Part shown: positions 21,420 through 33,242 of the stretch, one piece after another
How the letters are laid out: each line of letters starts with the position of its first letter
Numbering within the stretch: position 1 is the stretch's first letter
NCBI GenBank assembly: GCA_016748015.1
Contig: JAAOMT010000129.1
Coordinates: forward strand, 248,001-312,000
DNA length: 64,000 bases
Source of the DNA: Geosiphon pyriformis uo1
Taxonomy: Eukaryota > Fungi > Glomeromycota
Direction of reading: 5' to 3'
Translations under genes and position numbers: made by a program
Notes under the pieces: model-generated
The model's database searches: none
Seen by the model: the letters and a program-made list of their open reading frames with translations, nothing else
Told to the model about the DNA's origin: nothing

Positions 21420-24400
21420 CTATACGTCTATGCTAACAAATACATCACCATCTAAACCAGAAAAAAAGTGACATAATTTGCACCTACCAAATCTAACAGC
21501 AAAAGATTCCATAACTCCAAGCATATAAACAACTCCAACCAATAACATAGAAACTAAACAACAAAACAAGTCTGAGACCACACCATTATTTCCAAACAAG
21601 CCAGCCTTTTCTATATTCATTCTATGTTTGGCTTTGACAACTCATATCTTAGTATGATACAACTTCACCAAAAATCTACTAACTTTTACAAGGACAAGAG
21701 CAGCTTTTTTTTCCCTTCAAAAACCAAAACAGTCTTGACATATTAATTTCTCAACACAAAGTCCTTGCAAATAGCTGTGTACAAGTCCATATCTGAAAAA
21801 CACATAAAAAGCAACTGTAAAATGGCAGAAACAGATGAGCACAAAATACTAAACAATGATATTTATTTACTAGCAGCTTCAACCAAAATATTTCTACAAA
21901 GACCAGAGTTATCAGAATAAGTAAAACTATGATCAGATAACTTTATCTTGTCACACAATAAGCATAATACTCCAGGATAACTTTTGTTATACAATCTTTT
22001 TCTAATTGCCATTGGTAGTTGTCTATAAACAGCTTTTATTAAATATGTGTGCAAATTGGCCAACTTTCTATCAGTAAACCCAGAAAGCATATATGAATCA
22101 GAGTGCCAAACCTCTGTAGTAGTTTTCCACTCAATTTTTTTAATCATAACATCTGGAATTATATCATAACCAGAACCAGTCTTCCAATAAATATGGCAAA
22201 TTGATCAGTACAGATTACAAACAAAGTGACAAGCATTACCAAACACAGTAGTTTTCTCAGCAACCAAATACCTCTTTTAAATCCTAGCCAGCAAAGAGAA
22301 GGGTAAAAACATGGTTTTACTAGCCAATACATCAGCTCTAATATTACCAAGTACACTAGAATGTTCTTTAATCTTTACATACTTAATAGAAATATCTTTA
22401 TCCTTAAGAAGATTGACTATCTGCAATCTTTCAATTCAATATTGGTTGCAGAAGTCAGACACAGTAGAAAAAGTTTCAGACATACAGACATCAATTACAA
22501 ATTGGTTATCCAAGTATAGAACCATAGAGCATGAAGATGAAACACACTTCAAAGCCAAAGCAACAGTCTGCAATTCAGTCAAAGTAGAAGACATAAGTCC
22601 AGCTACCCTAATCCCAATATCTGCATCTACAGCTAGAAAATAAGCAGCTGTCTCACTTATTACCTCATTGGAGCCAGCACTTTTTAAAGACTCATCTGTA
22701 TAAACTTTAATGTAATCAGATCACACTTTTAGTAAACTATTACAAACATCAGAAAACTTATCAGAATCCAAAACATTAAGCATATTTTTTCCAAGAACAA
22801 CAGTAATCCCAACTCCCAAAGAGACAGAATTGCATATAAACTTAGATGTTAATGTGAACCAGTGAAACACAGAGCCCCTCAAATCCAACCACTTCCAATA
22901 CCAAAATGTTTTCTAATCTACCACATTCTCTTTTTTGTTCACAAGTCTGTTACCAAATGTGGCACCAAACCATTTCAATGATGAAACAGATTTATAATAC
23001 AAAAACTGACCTAAGATAACAGATATTGGAAAATTACCAGGCTCATGAAAGACACTAGGCAGATTGTTTGCCAAAGACAACTTATTATCCAGCAAAATTT
23101 TTACCACTTCAGCCAAGAAATTGTTTACAAGACTAGTATGCAACCTAATAGAAAATTGTAAAGAATTTAGAGAAAACCATTTCAGAACTTGCAAATTCAA
23201 AAATCTATGATTAAATAAATGTCTAAGGGTGTCACAGCCATTGAAGAATAAAATCAACAAAGCCAGCTTTTTCTCAAATTGTACTTGCTCAAAAAGTTTT
23301 AGACCATATAGAGATGGATAGTGCAAAACCTCCTTAGAAAAATCATGTGGTAAACCAGTCTTGGCTCGAAGACTCTTCTTAATCATAGTATCCTACTTAT
23401 AACATATACCTGAAGAAACAAAACTAAATTATATGCAAAAGCTAACAATGGACTGCAAAACAGCCAAAACCAAGTAACAAAATTGTTTGTCTGTAATAGC
23501 TTTTTTCAATACTATATTAGTAAAAAACCTAACATTTCTATGAATTTAAGCTAAACTGGGTTTAAAGAGACTTTTAGTTAACAAAAAGATACTCAAATAT
23601 CAATATAATTCACCCTTTTTAGCAATCAAAATTGGCAAGCCATTAATCAACAGTAAAGCATTCTTAACACCTTAATTGATAGGAATAACCACCATCTTAT
23701 CATTATTAATTGAAATATTATTGACCTCAAAAAACTTACTAGCAATATTCAAAATATATTGTGTGGAAGTCTAACAGCTTCCAACCCAAATTGTATCATC
23801 TACAAAGGCACTAACAGCCAAAAAAGAAATTTTTTCTCCAACTGTTTCAATTTTGCCAGACTTTGCTACAAACTTAGTATCTATTCTGTATTCACACAAA
23901 TGCTTATGTTTCTTTACATTATATAAAAACAGATTACAAAAAATTCTCTAAAAGAGCAGAGAAAAAACTTCTTTCTGATCCAACTTATTATATACCCTAT
24001 AACTATCTAAGAGCCCAAAGTCAGTTATTACTCTGTTAATCCTATTCTCATAAATGTTGTCAAAAAACTAGATGAACTGCTTAAACATTTTAATGTAGCA
24101 TAAACTTGGCCTTAAATAATACCAGCCTACCAAATCATAAGCTTTGCACATATCTTACAGTACTAACCAAAGTTTTTTATTCTTTTCTAGAACATTCTTA
24201 ACAATGAAACCAATTGCAAAAATAAGAGATTGGGTAGAAGTACTCTTTAACACCAAAAAATTATCACCACAAAGAACATCAAATTTGCTACAAGCCAAAG
24301 ATATCTGGTTAAAAAGAATCTTAGATAAAATTTTACGTGCAGTATTGATTAATGTGATAAGCCTAATATTCATCAAAACACTATTCCATTCATAAGATTT

Positions 24401-26110
24401 TAAGATCATTGAAACTTATGTTCTCTTTTAGGCAGCTGAAACTGCACCCAAACTTAAACACAAATTCAATAACTTCAAAAGACAGACCAATATTTCCTTA
24501 TCATAATGTTTCCAAAGTTTATTAGGTATCTTAGACAATTCAGCTGGTTTATTGTTTGGCAAGCCATTAATAACCAAAAACAATTCTGCCATACCAATTT
24601 CTTTTATTACACTAGAGAAAGCATTATTATCCATATAATCTAGAGACATATATTGTTAAAACCAAAGATCAGACATATTTGGAAGTATTGAATGCTTTTT
24701 TGTCTACTTTTTTATAATCTTATTAACCTTGAGCTTAATTTTATTAGGTTCAACTACCAATTTATCATCTACTACCAAGTGATCTAGAACTACTTTGCAA
24801 AATAGGCATTCTAAAATACTTCTTATTATCTGCCTTTTGTTAAAACAGAAATTTTTCATATGACAGTTAATTATCTTTCTAATAACTATATTTTTAGCAA
24901 TCTTAGATTCACAATACTTAGATTTTCTGTACTTTTTCTTCATTACCAACAAATGTTTAACTAGATTCATTGAACTTATACTATCTAGTACTATGCCAAT
25001 AATCACAGATGCTTCAACCTTATCAATATTTGACCAGACTTTTACAAGACAGTTAAAGTTCAGAAGATTACCAGAATTCTAACATTTTACAATTTTAGTG
25101 ATAAGTAGCTCTAATTTGAAGAATTTTAAAGATTGTTTATTTCTTGAACAATCATACTCACTATACCAAATTCTAGATAACACCACATTAGCAGCTTGTA
25201 TTATGGCTTTTTCTAGCATTTTCCACATTATATTTAAGTCATTATTGTCTTTTGTATTTTCAACCATGTCTGACCTAACTAACAACTTAACAGAAAAACA
25301 GTTTTTAAAGCCCAATCATTGAATATTATCTGTATCTCCCAATTTGAACTTCCACCAGTCTCAGTTGGCTTGTTTGTAAGTATTAATAAGATGAGCATTT
25401 AAAAGTCCACCCAAATTAATTGAAACCAAAACTGACTTGTGATTTGTATCAAAAAATTCTGATACATCATCGACTTTGTGTAATGCAATTACAGACACCA
25501 AATTTCTGCTTACAAAAACAAAATTGATTACTCTTTTAACACCTCTAGAATTGCTTCAAGTAGAAGTTTTGGCCAATGAATGTTTATTAAAAGTATTAAC
25601 CAAACTCAAACCCAAGCAGAACTTGAAACTTGTATTCCTTTTAGATCTATTTTTATTAAAATCACCACCCAAAATCATGAAAAAACTGGAATTAACAGCT
25701 TTGGAAACTATAAAGTTGATATTAGCAGTTTGACCAAAGCATGTGCCAATTGAAGCACCAGCATAAAGACCCAAGATTGTAACTAAAAGCTTGTTTTTAA
25801 ACAAAAAGTGCACAAAAATTAAATGATCAGGAATCTTATCTACCTTTAACATATGTTAAACCAAAAAATTATTCATAATTATAGCAATACCAACACCATA
25901 AAAACCCACATTCAAACCAGCAGTAAAAATCCAGATACTATCAAACTTATTCATGATCCAAGACCTAATATTAAATCTTAATTTTGTCTCAGTAACAATA
26001 GAAATTATATTACCTGATTCTTTATGTCAATAAATAATGTCTTTTTGCTTAGCCAAATTTGTTATACCCCTAATATTACACATGACCATCTTCCAAATAA
26101 GCTCATTCAT
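21420..26110 (-). pseudogene. LINE-2 ORF2: APE endonuclease, reverse transcriptase, RNase H, C-terminal Cys/His knuckle
   Basis: MNELIWKMVMCNIRG, GGDFN. RT: KPAELSKIPN (KAPGxDG), RLITLINTARKILSKIL, KAYDLV, SAFVDDTIW (~23800). RNase H: VYTDES, STLTELQTVALAL, KIKEHSSVLGNIRADVLA. Knuckle: CLLCDKIKLSDH. Confidence 0.92.
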
Positions 26111-28827
26111 TAAAAAGAATAATGTATTAAGGAACTCGAATTCACACACAACAGATCCAACTTTTCCAAAATTGAGCCAATAGAAACTTTAAGAGCCAGT
26201 ATTTTGAATTCCAAACCACCAATCTTGAAAGTAAAAACTTTTAAACTACTCAGACCCAAATCCACCATCTTGTCCTCTACTATAAAAGATAAAGAAGGGA
26301 AAGATGGCTGTGAGACATTTAAAACCATATTAGCATTTAATGTTAACAACATAAGAACAGAAACAACCAGAGGTTTAACTTGAAAGACAGGTACCAGAGG
26401 CATTAGCTTCATACCATTTAATTTGTGCACAATACTTAACACTTAATCAGCTAACAATTCCAAAGAGTATTTTAGTAAAACCAGACAATCACCAATTGAG
26501 AAACCATTTTGAACAACCAGAGTGCTCTCTTTGTTATATGGGGCACCAAGAGAAGAAGAACCAAATCCAAAACTGGAACTGAAATAAGAACCACTAGAAA
26601 AAAAAACAAAAAAAACTACTTGCACCCAAGATTTATTATTAAAAACAACAGAATGGGAGATAGGAATACTCTTCTTTGCATACAACTTTGTCAACTGAAG
26701 ATGATGTACTTCTGAAGTGACTCTTTTAAAAGTTTTTGAAGACTTAGAAACAAACATAGTCAGCATATCACATTCTAAAGCAGAATGACCAAAATGCCCA
26801 CACTTTTTACAATAAACCAAATTCAATCTAGTTCAAAAAAGTTTAACACCACCAAATATTGGCTCAATGTAATATGCAGAATCTAAATTCTTATCAAATT
26901 TAAAACCAATCACAGTACAACAAATCCAGTTGTCAGTATTGAGTGAATAATTGATGATGTATGTTTTACCACTAACTCCATCCAAAAGAATGCCCAAATT
27001 ATAAACAGTTGTCCCTACAAACAAAGTAAACAACAGAGCCCTAAACTGATTTCTCACAGTCATAGTTACATGTACTGAATCTTTACCAATCAAAAAAAAC
27101 CATTTAGCAGCCAACTGTTCAGCTTGACCTAATTTGGCAAATTTTATCACAGTCTTCTATCACATTCCAATCAACTGAATTTTGATTGACTTAATTTCAC
27201 CAAATTCAAATACTGCAGCAGTAATTATTTCTTTAAACATGTCCATAAAAATTTTCTTAATGATCACAGTCTGATCTAAATGTATTCTTTGTTTCTTAAT
27301 ATTAATATTTATAATAATCTCATTTTTTTTGGCCAATAAAGTGGCCTTTATCATGTTGATCTTTAATGTAAAGGTAAATCTGATAATTTTCTCAAATTTT
27401 GAAAGAGTAGTGGCCCCCTTTAAAACCATTAACTAATGAAAAATTTTTTTTAACCAATTGAGTTTTTGCTGTAACAAATTTATCTTTCATTGCTGAGAGA
27501 TTGATATTCAAAGTGAATAACTTCTTAACAGTATTACTCATAAAATATAGAAAGTATATTAGTATATAAATTAGCCAATTAGAAGTAAATATAGTAAATG
27601 TGGAATTCTAGGATTTCTTGTAGAGAAATTGTAAGATTCTTATATAAGAAATTGCAGAATTCCAGAATTGCAGAATTCTTTTCAAAAAAATTGCAGGATT
27701 CCAGAAATTCCAGAATTCCAGATGTAAAGAATTGAGAAATTGAGAAATCTCGATCATGTATATATAGCAATAGTATTAAAAGTAAAAAAAACAGATCTTT
27801 CAGTTTTAAATTTAATCTAAAACACTTTTTCATTTATAAATATTAATAAATAATTATTTACTATCTTAATCCATTCTCCACTATTAATACTTTATGTTGA
27901 TAGTAACTGATACTTAACCTCTTTGAAACAATAGCTCTTGATCATGGCTATTGATGGAATACTAACTTGTAAATTGCTTTGGTCTATTTTTTTTATCTTT
28001 TTTTTATCTCTTTTATTTTTATTTTTCTTTATTTTATTGTGTTTACTAATTGATTGAAGATTAAGCACTAAGTTATTAATATTACAAATAGCCTGGTAAA
28101 AGACTCAGAAATAAGAATAATATTATATATATATTAATAAATAGCTTATTAAAAGAGCATAACTGTCAGAATAAAACCAGTTACCAAGCTGAGAAAAAAA
28201 TTAGATAGAATTGTAATTCTGAGAAGCTACCAAACAATCACAACTAAATCTCTGTCTATTATACAAAGAACTTAACAAAAAATCTTCAAATCACGAAAAT
28301 CTTCAGAAATCAACATCATTATATCTATTAAGCACTAAGTTATGAATTTGTTATTTGATTTGAGATTTCAAAAAATCACCTGTAACAACAGCAACTTCCA
28401 AAAGAGTTTTTACAATTTTGGGATCTATCCATCTCTTGTCCAAAGATATACTAAGAGGGAGTGAAAAGAGTTCCATCTCTTCTTTTATATTATAATTAGG
28501 GGAGCCAAAAGGGAATCCAAGAATCACATCAATATTAACTCTCTTTGCTTTAAAAGTATTAGCTACTGAGCCTAAAAAAGACCTGTTATCAACACTTTGT
28601 ATGATTATATTGTCTTCACCACAGCTAGACTCATTATTCAAATCCAAATACAAGCCATCAGAACTAGATTTAACTAAAAAAATATTTTTTTCATCATCTG
28701 AATGCTTAATATTACCTAGAACTATCTTCTTTTTCTGAGAAAAAGAACCATTAACAAGACTGTAGAAAGCACCCTTGGGTGTCTTCTTTTTAAACATATT
28801 ACTATTTGAAGCAGTCTTTAAATCCAC
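26110..28827 (-). pseudogene. LINE-2 ORF1, interrupted by a solo LTR
   Basis: Fragments 28351-28827, 27160-27429, 26833-27150, 26443-26826, 26110-26442 are colinear with LINE-1 ORF1; knuckle CKKCGHFGHSALEC. Confidence 0.87.
27532..28387 (+). repeat. Solo LTR, family A, TSD acag
   Basis: t(a)ttactcataaaatatag...cacctgtaaca, flanked by acag at 27528-27531 and 28388-28391; no PBS follows. Confidence 0.93.
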
Positions 28828-28919
28828 AATAAAAGAGTTATTAGTTAAAAAAATAAAAAACTTTTTTTTCAGAAATGTGTTTTTTGGGATTTTAGAAATA
28901 TAAAAGAGAAAGAAGTTTA

Positions 28920-29880
28920 ATTTTTTACTTAGTTTTTAAAATTAATTAGTTTTTTAATTAATTATAAATCTTTTTTTTGGTTTATTTGGAATTTTTTTTA
29001 ACTTTTTTATTTTATTTTATTGGTTTAGTATCTTATTTTAAAACTGTTGTTTTTTTAATATTAAATGTTTTTTTGTTTTTAAAATTGTTATTAATTATAA
29101 ATTAATAATTTTAAAATTAAAATTTCAAAAATTATTTGTTTTTATAAAATTAAAAATTAAGTTTATTGATTTTTAATTTTTTTAATTATATTATTAATTA
29201 ATATTTTTTTTGTTGCAAATTATAAAATAAAAAAATAAAATAAATAAATTAATATTCTTAGTAAAATTACATATAATTTAAGTAGATAATTAATTTTAAA
29301 ATAAAATAATAACTTATTCAATAATAAAATAAATATTAATAAAAAAAGTTTTTTAGTTAATATAAAATTTTGTTAAATAATAGTTTTATAAAAGTTTTAA
29401 GCTTTAAATATTAAATTTAATGCAAATATAATTGTTAAGTAAAAATTATAATAATTTTGTTAACATTATGTATAAATAAATTTTTTAAATAAATTTTTTT
29501 TTGTAAATTTAACATAATATAATCTTAATTAATTAAATATATAAACAAAATATAAATTATATTTATTATAAAATAATTTTAGTTTTATAATTAAATTATA
29601 TTTTATTAAACTTAATAAAAAATTTTTTAAAAATCTTTAATAATTAATAATTAGGTTTTAAATACTATTAAAATTAGTAATATTTAAATGTTAAATTAGT
29701 TTTTACATTGTTAATATAGTGTTTTAAATGAATTATTTAAAAAAAAACAAATTAAATTATTAATTAACAATATAACAATAATATTATTATATTATTTTAT
29801 GTATTTATTTTATTTTTATTTTTTTATAATAAAAATTAAAAATTGATATATTAATATTAATAAATTAATTATTATTATTT

Positions 29881-29916
<36 letters not shown>

Positions 29917-30400
29917 AAACTTAAAGTAATAAAATTTTTTTGTACATAAAAATTTCAAGTATCAATATTTTTAATTTTTATAAGTATTTAATTACTTATA
30001 TAAACTAAATATGTATTAAATCTTTCAATTAAGCAATTAATTACATTTAAAATTAATAGCAAATAATAAAACTGGATTGTTATTTATACAATCCAATTGA
30101 ATTATTATATAACCAAATATGAATTAGCAACTTTTTTAAATAAATGTGATTTTTAAAATTTATAAAATTTTAAAGATAAATATTCACAATATTGACATTT
30201 TTTTTATTTCAATTTTCAAGTTTTCTAAGTTAAAAAAACATGTCTAATTTTGAGAAAAACTCAAAATTTACACTTCAAAATTTACATTTTTATTTACCAA
30301 TATTTATAATTATATTGGATTTTTTATAATTTTGGATATAATTTTTAATTATATATTAATGCGATTAAATTGATATTAAAAACCAAAATGATTTTTCTTC
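28920..30400. other. Extremely AT-rich tract between the TE block and the gene island
   Basis: Almost no G/C and no ORFs; short (AAT)n run near 29886. Confidence 0.7.
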
Positions 30401-30991
30401 AATTTTTAGGTAATCAAGCTTTTATATGACTAAGAAATATTATAAGCGTGTTCTGTTATTCACCGAATTTTGCATAATTTAATCCTAGATTTCTTATAAT
30501 AGACAAGTTGAAATCCTTTGAGGCTTAAAAAGGACTTCATTAAAAATTCGACAGATCGACACCCTTATACCCTGACAAAGGAAAGCATTGTTCATCCTTA
30601 TGATTTTCACCACGTTCGGGCACCGCTAGCTGCTATGCACGCGGGATGAAACACGCTTTAAATAATGTTGCCGAACTCCTTTTTCCTTTCTCTTACACAA
30701 TAATCCCTTAAAAAATTGGATTTTTTCTTATATTAACCTGGTCGATTCAGGTTTCTTGGTTGCAAACTTTCCTCATCATTATCTCACGAGCTCCCTCTTA
30801 AAACATTCGCTTTTGACCAAGCGCTTGAGCTTCTTTTCCTCTCACTTTTGGGTGCTAATCACTTTCATTTTTTTATAGGTGTTTCAGAAAACCCACTTTT
30901 TTCCAATTTGATTTTGAGCACGATTTTCGCTGACCTTGCATATATTCACCAATCACAACTACTCTAAGCGCTTTCTAACTTTTACTCAACA

Positions 30992-32614
30992 ATGCCTTCC
31001 AAAACCACAAATCTTCGCATTAAGGCTTTGCCTTTGAATTTCTTGAACGTTATAGAGGAGTCAGACTCAATACGAGTTTTATCACCTTCTTCCATTCGAC
31101 CGAATACTACGTTGTTCATTCTCAAAATAACCACTCTCCCACCATATCCTTTCAAACGTTCGTTCAAAATCACGGTTCAACAATCGAACCATTTAATGCA
31201 AAAATCCGCATTGTTCCATGAATTAGCCACCCAATATGCCCAACTAGCGTCATTTTCACTGGAAGCTGGATTCCAGAAAGATGAACAACGAGAATTGACC
31301 GAAGAGTCCGGTGGTTTACCGATGCTATGCATCGAGGCACCGGTTCAACGTGTCGAGATTATTGATGCAATGTTGGATTGGTTGTCCTCATCAGGAGATA
31401 TTAAGGACACTTTAACTTCTTCGCTGGCATCGAAGGTTCGATCCACTCAAGATTTCTTCTCGTTGATTCATTTCTCTACCTTATTAGATCTCTATGAACC
31501 ATTTTCCACAGCTGTAGACGAGATTTTAGTTTATTATTATTTCGGATTATCATCTGAAGAAAGGGGACTAGAAATTGTGTATCATGATCAATTTGTGGAA
31601 GGAATTTTGCCGGGACGTTTTGTTAGACGATTGGCAGAATCTGTGGGTGAGCAAGAGGCCAAAGAAATTTTGGCTTCCTTCTTTCGTGGAAAAAGCATAC
31701 CAATTGATGGAAATCTGAATGATCAGAACGGCAATGAACATTGGTTTGAAGTTCATTTGGATGATAAAAAACGACCAGATAGTGGTTTCTTTTATCCAAG
31801 TTCTGATGAAAGTGAATCCAATTATTCAGAAGAATTTACTCCAATTTCATTTCCAAAACATATCCGTCAATCAGTAGTTGAAAGACTAGATAGTGTACCT
31901 AATACTCCATTCTCGCCATTCGATTATGCTGAACCACCAACCCCTTTGGGGACAGTTTACATGACCATTCCCCCAACCACCCCTGTCACTTCAAACTCTC
32001 AACGTATTCTTACTCGAGGGTCAACTAATTTTCAGCCAGAGATGTTTTCTAAGGAAATCGAGGGTCAGATTAGGTCCAGGCCAAAAAGTACCCCGCCAGC
32101 ATTAACATTAGATAGTAGGGAAGCAAGTAAAAAGGAAATATTTAAAAATTCAAATTTTAATACGATTCACTCGGTACTAAGAGACACACCAGTTACTGCT
32201 TCGCCAACATATAATCGATCTCTCCCAGTGAACTCTATATTCCAATATATTGCTGGTGTTTCCTCGAATGTACTTCAATCATCGGCTCTTCTCTCACCGA
32301 CTAGTCAATTTATTACTCAATATCAGACACTTGTTCCCCCAAATACACCTGCTACTCCATTAATCTCAACTCCAGTAAGAGAAAATAATGAACTTGACTT
32401 AGATTCGAGATCTAATAATAATCCTGAAAATTTACCTACTGGAGAAACTCAGAGCGTTCAAACGCCTCCTACTACTCCAATCATTATCATTAACGATATG
32501 CAAAGCTTCACTTTGGGTAATTTTAATGATCTGCCTCGCGATAGTCACGCATTTGTTCGTCGTGAATTATTTGAATTTGCATATAACAAGATGCGTTCCA
32601 ATCATTTCATGTAA
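30992..32614 (+). CDS. Hypothetical protein, 540 aa, single coding exon; putative folded N-terminal half and S/T/P-rich disordered C-terminal half
   Basis: Long ATG-initiated ORF with host-like GC and CpG content. Possible 5'UTR intron 30751-30878 (CAG|GTTTCT ... GCTAAT ... TTTTATAG). Confidence 0.8.
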   Translation: MPSKTTNLRIKALPLNFLNVIEESDSIRVLSPSSIRPNTTLFILKITTLPPYPFKRSFKITVQQSNHLMQKSALFHELATQYAQLASFSLEAGFQKDEQRELTEESGGLPMLCIEAPVQRVEIIDAMLDWLSSSGDIKDTLTSSLASKVRSTQDFFSLIHFSTLLDLYEPFSTAVDEILVYYYFGLSSEERGLEIVYHDQFVEGILPGRFVRRLAESVGEQEAKEILASFFRGKSIPIDGNLNDQNGNEHWFEVHLDDKKRPDSGFFYPSSDESESNYSEEFTPISFPKHIRQSVVERLDSVPNTPFSPFDYAEPPTPLGTVYMTIPPTTPVTSNSQRILTRGSTNFQPEMFSKEIEGQIRSRPKSTPPALTLDSREASKKEIFKNSNFNTIHSVLRDTPVTASPTYNRSLPVNSIFQYIAGVSSNVLQSSALLSPTSQFITQYQTLVPPNTPATPLISTPVRENNELDLDSRSNNNPENLPTGETQSVQTPPTTPIIIINDMQSFTLGNFNDLPRDSHAFVRRELFEFAYNKMRSNHFM

Positions 32615-33242
32615 ATTATTCATCTATTGTCCCTAATTTCCACGAACAATAGTATCACATTTGTTAGATTGTATAGCATTGATTTTTTTTAATAGATCAA
32701 TGAATTTTTTTATTTCATTATTTCTTGTATAATCGTGAAGGATGTAATTTGTGATAATGAAAAAAAGATAAAAATGTAATTTCTAGCATTATCTGTTTTT
32801 TCAAAAATAGTGAGCGGCTAAAAAAACTGACTGCCTGGTCCAAGCCAATCAAATCTCCGCATACATAATTTAAATTTTTTATTGGGTGAATTGAGTGATG
32901 TCTTTTCCATAATAAATGATGACGTATCATTGAATTTCGAACCTCCTTTCCCCAAAATTTAAATCAAGAATGATTTATAAATACCTCGAAACCATGACAA
33001 TTCTCTTGTTTTCAGTGTTTTCTCGACGCATATCGCTTGGGCAGCGTTCGCTGTTCCTTTTTTTCAACTATATTTTTTTGACACGAACAGAAAATTGCCA
33101 TTTCTTTTTTGTCTACTGCCACAGACTTAGACCTATTGAAATTCTTTAAGCCTTCGATCTAGTTGAGCCAATTGGCCCGACAATTTCTTTCCAAACTACT
33201 TTTCCCTCTTCCCTTATCCCTCGTTTCCACGAACAAATAAAC

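Larger units (their letters stand above)
21286..28918 (-). mobile_element. LINE-2: full-length but decayed non-LTR retrotransposon (ORF1; ORF2 = APE-RT-RNase H-CCHC), with a solo LTR inserted in ORF1
   Basis: ORF1 MDLKTASNSNMFKKKTPKGAF is homologous to 601. ORF2 motifs are listed in the next feature. 3' aataaaaaaaa tail near 21286. Confidence 0.92.
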
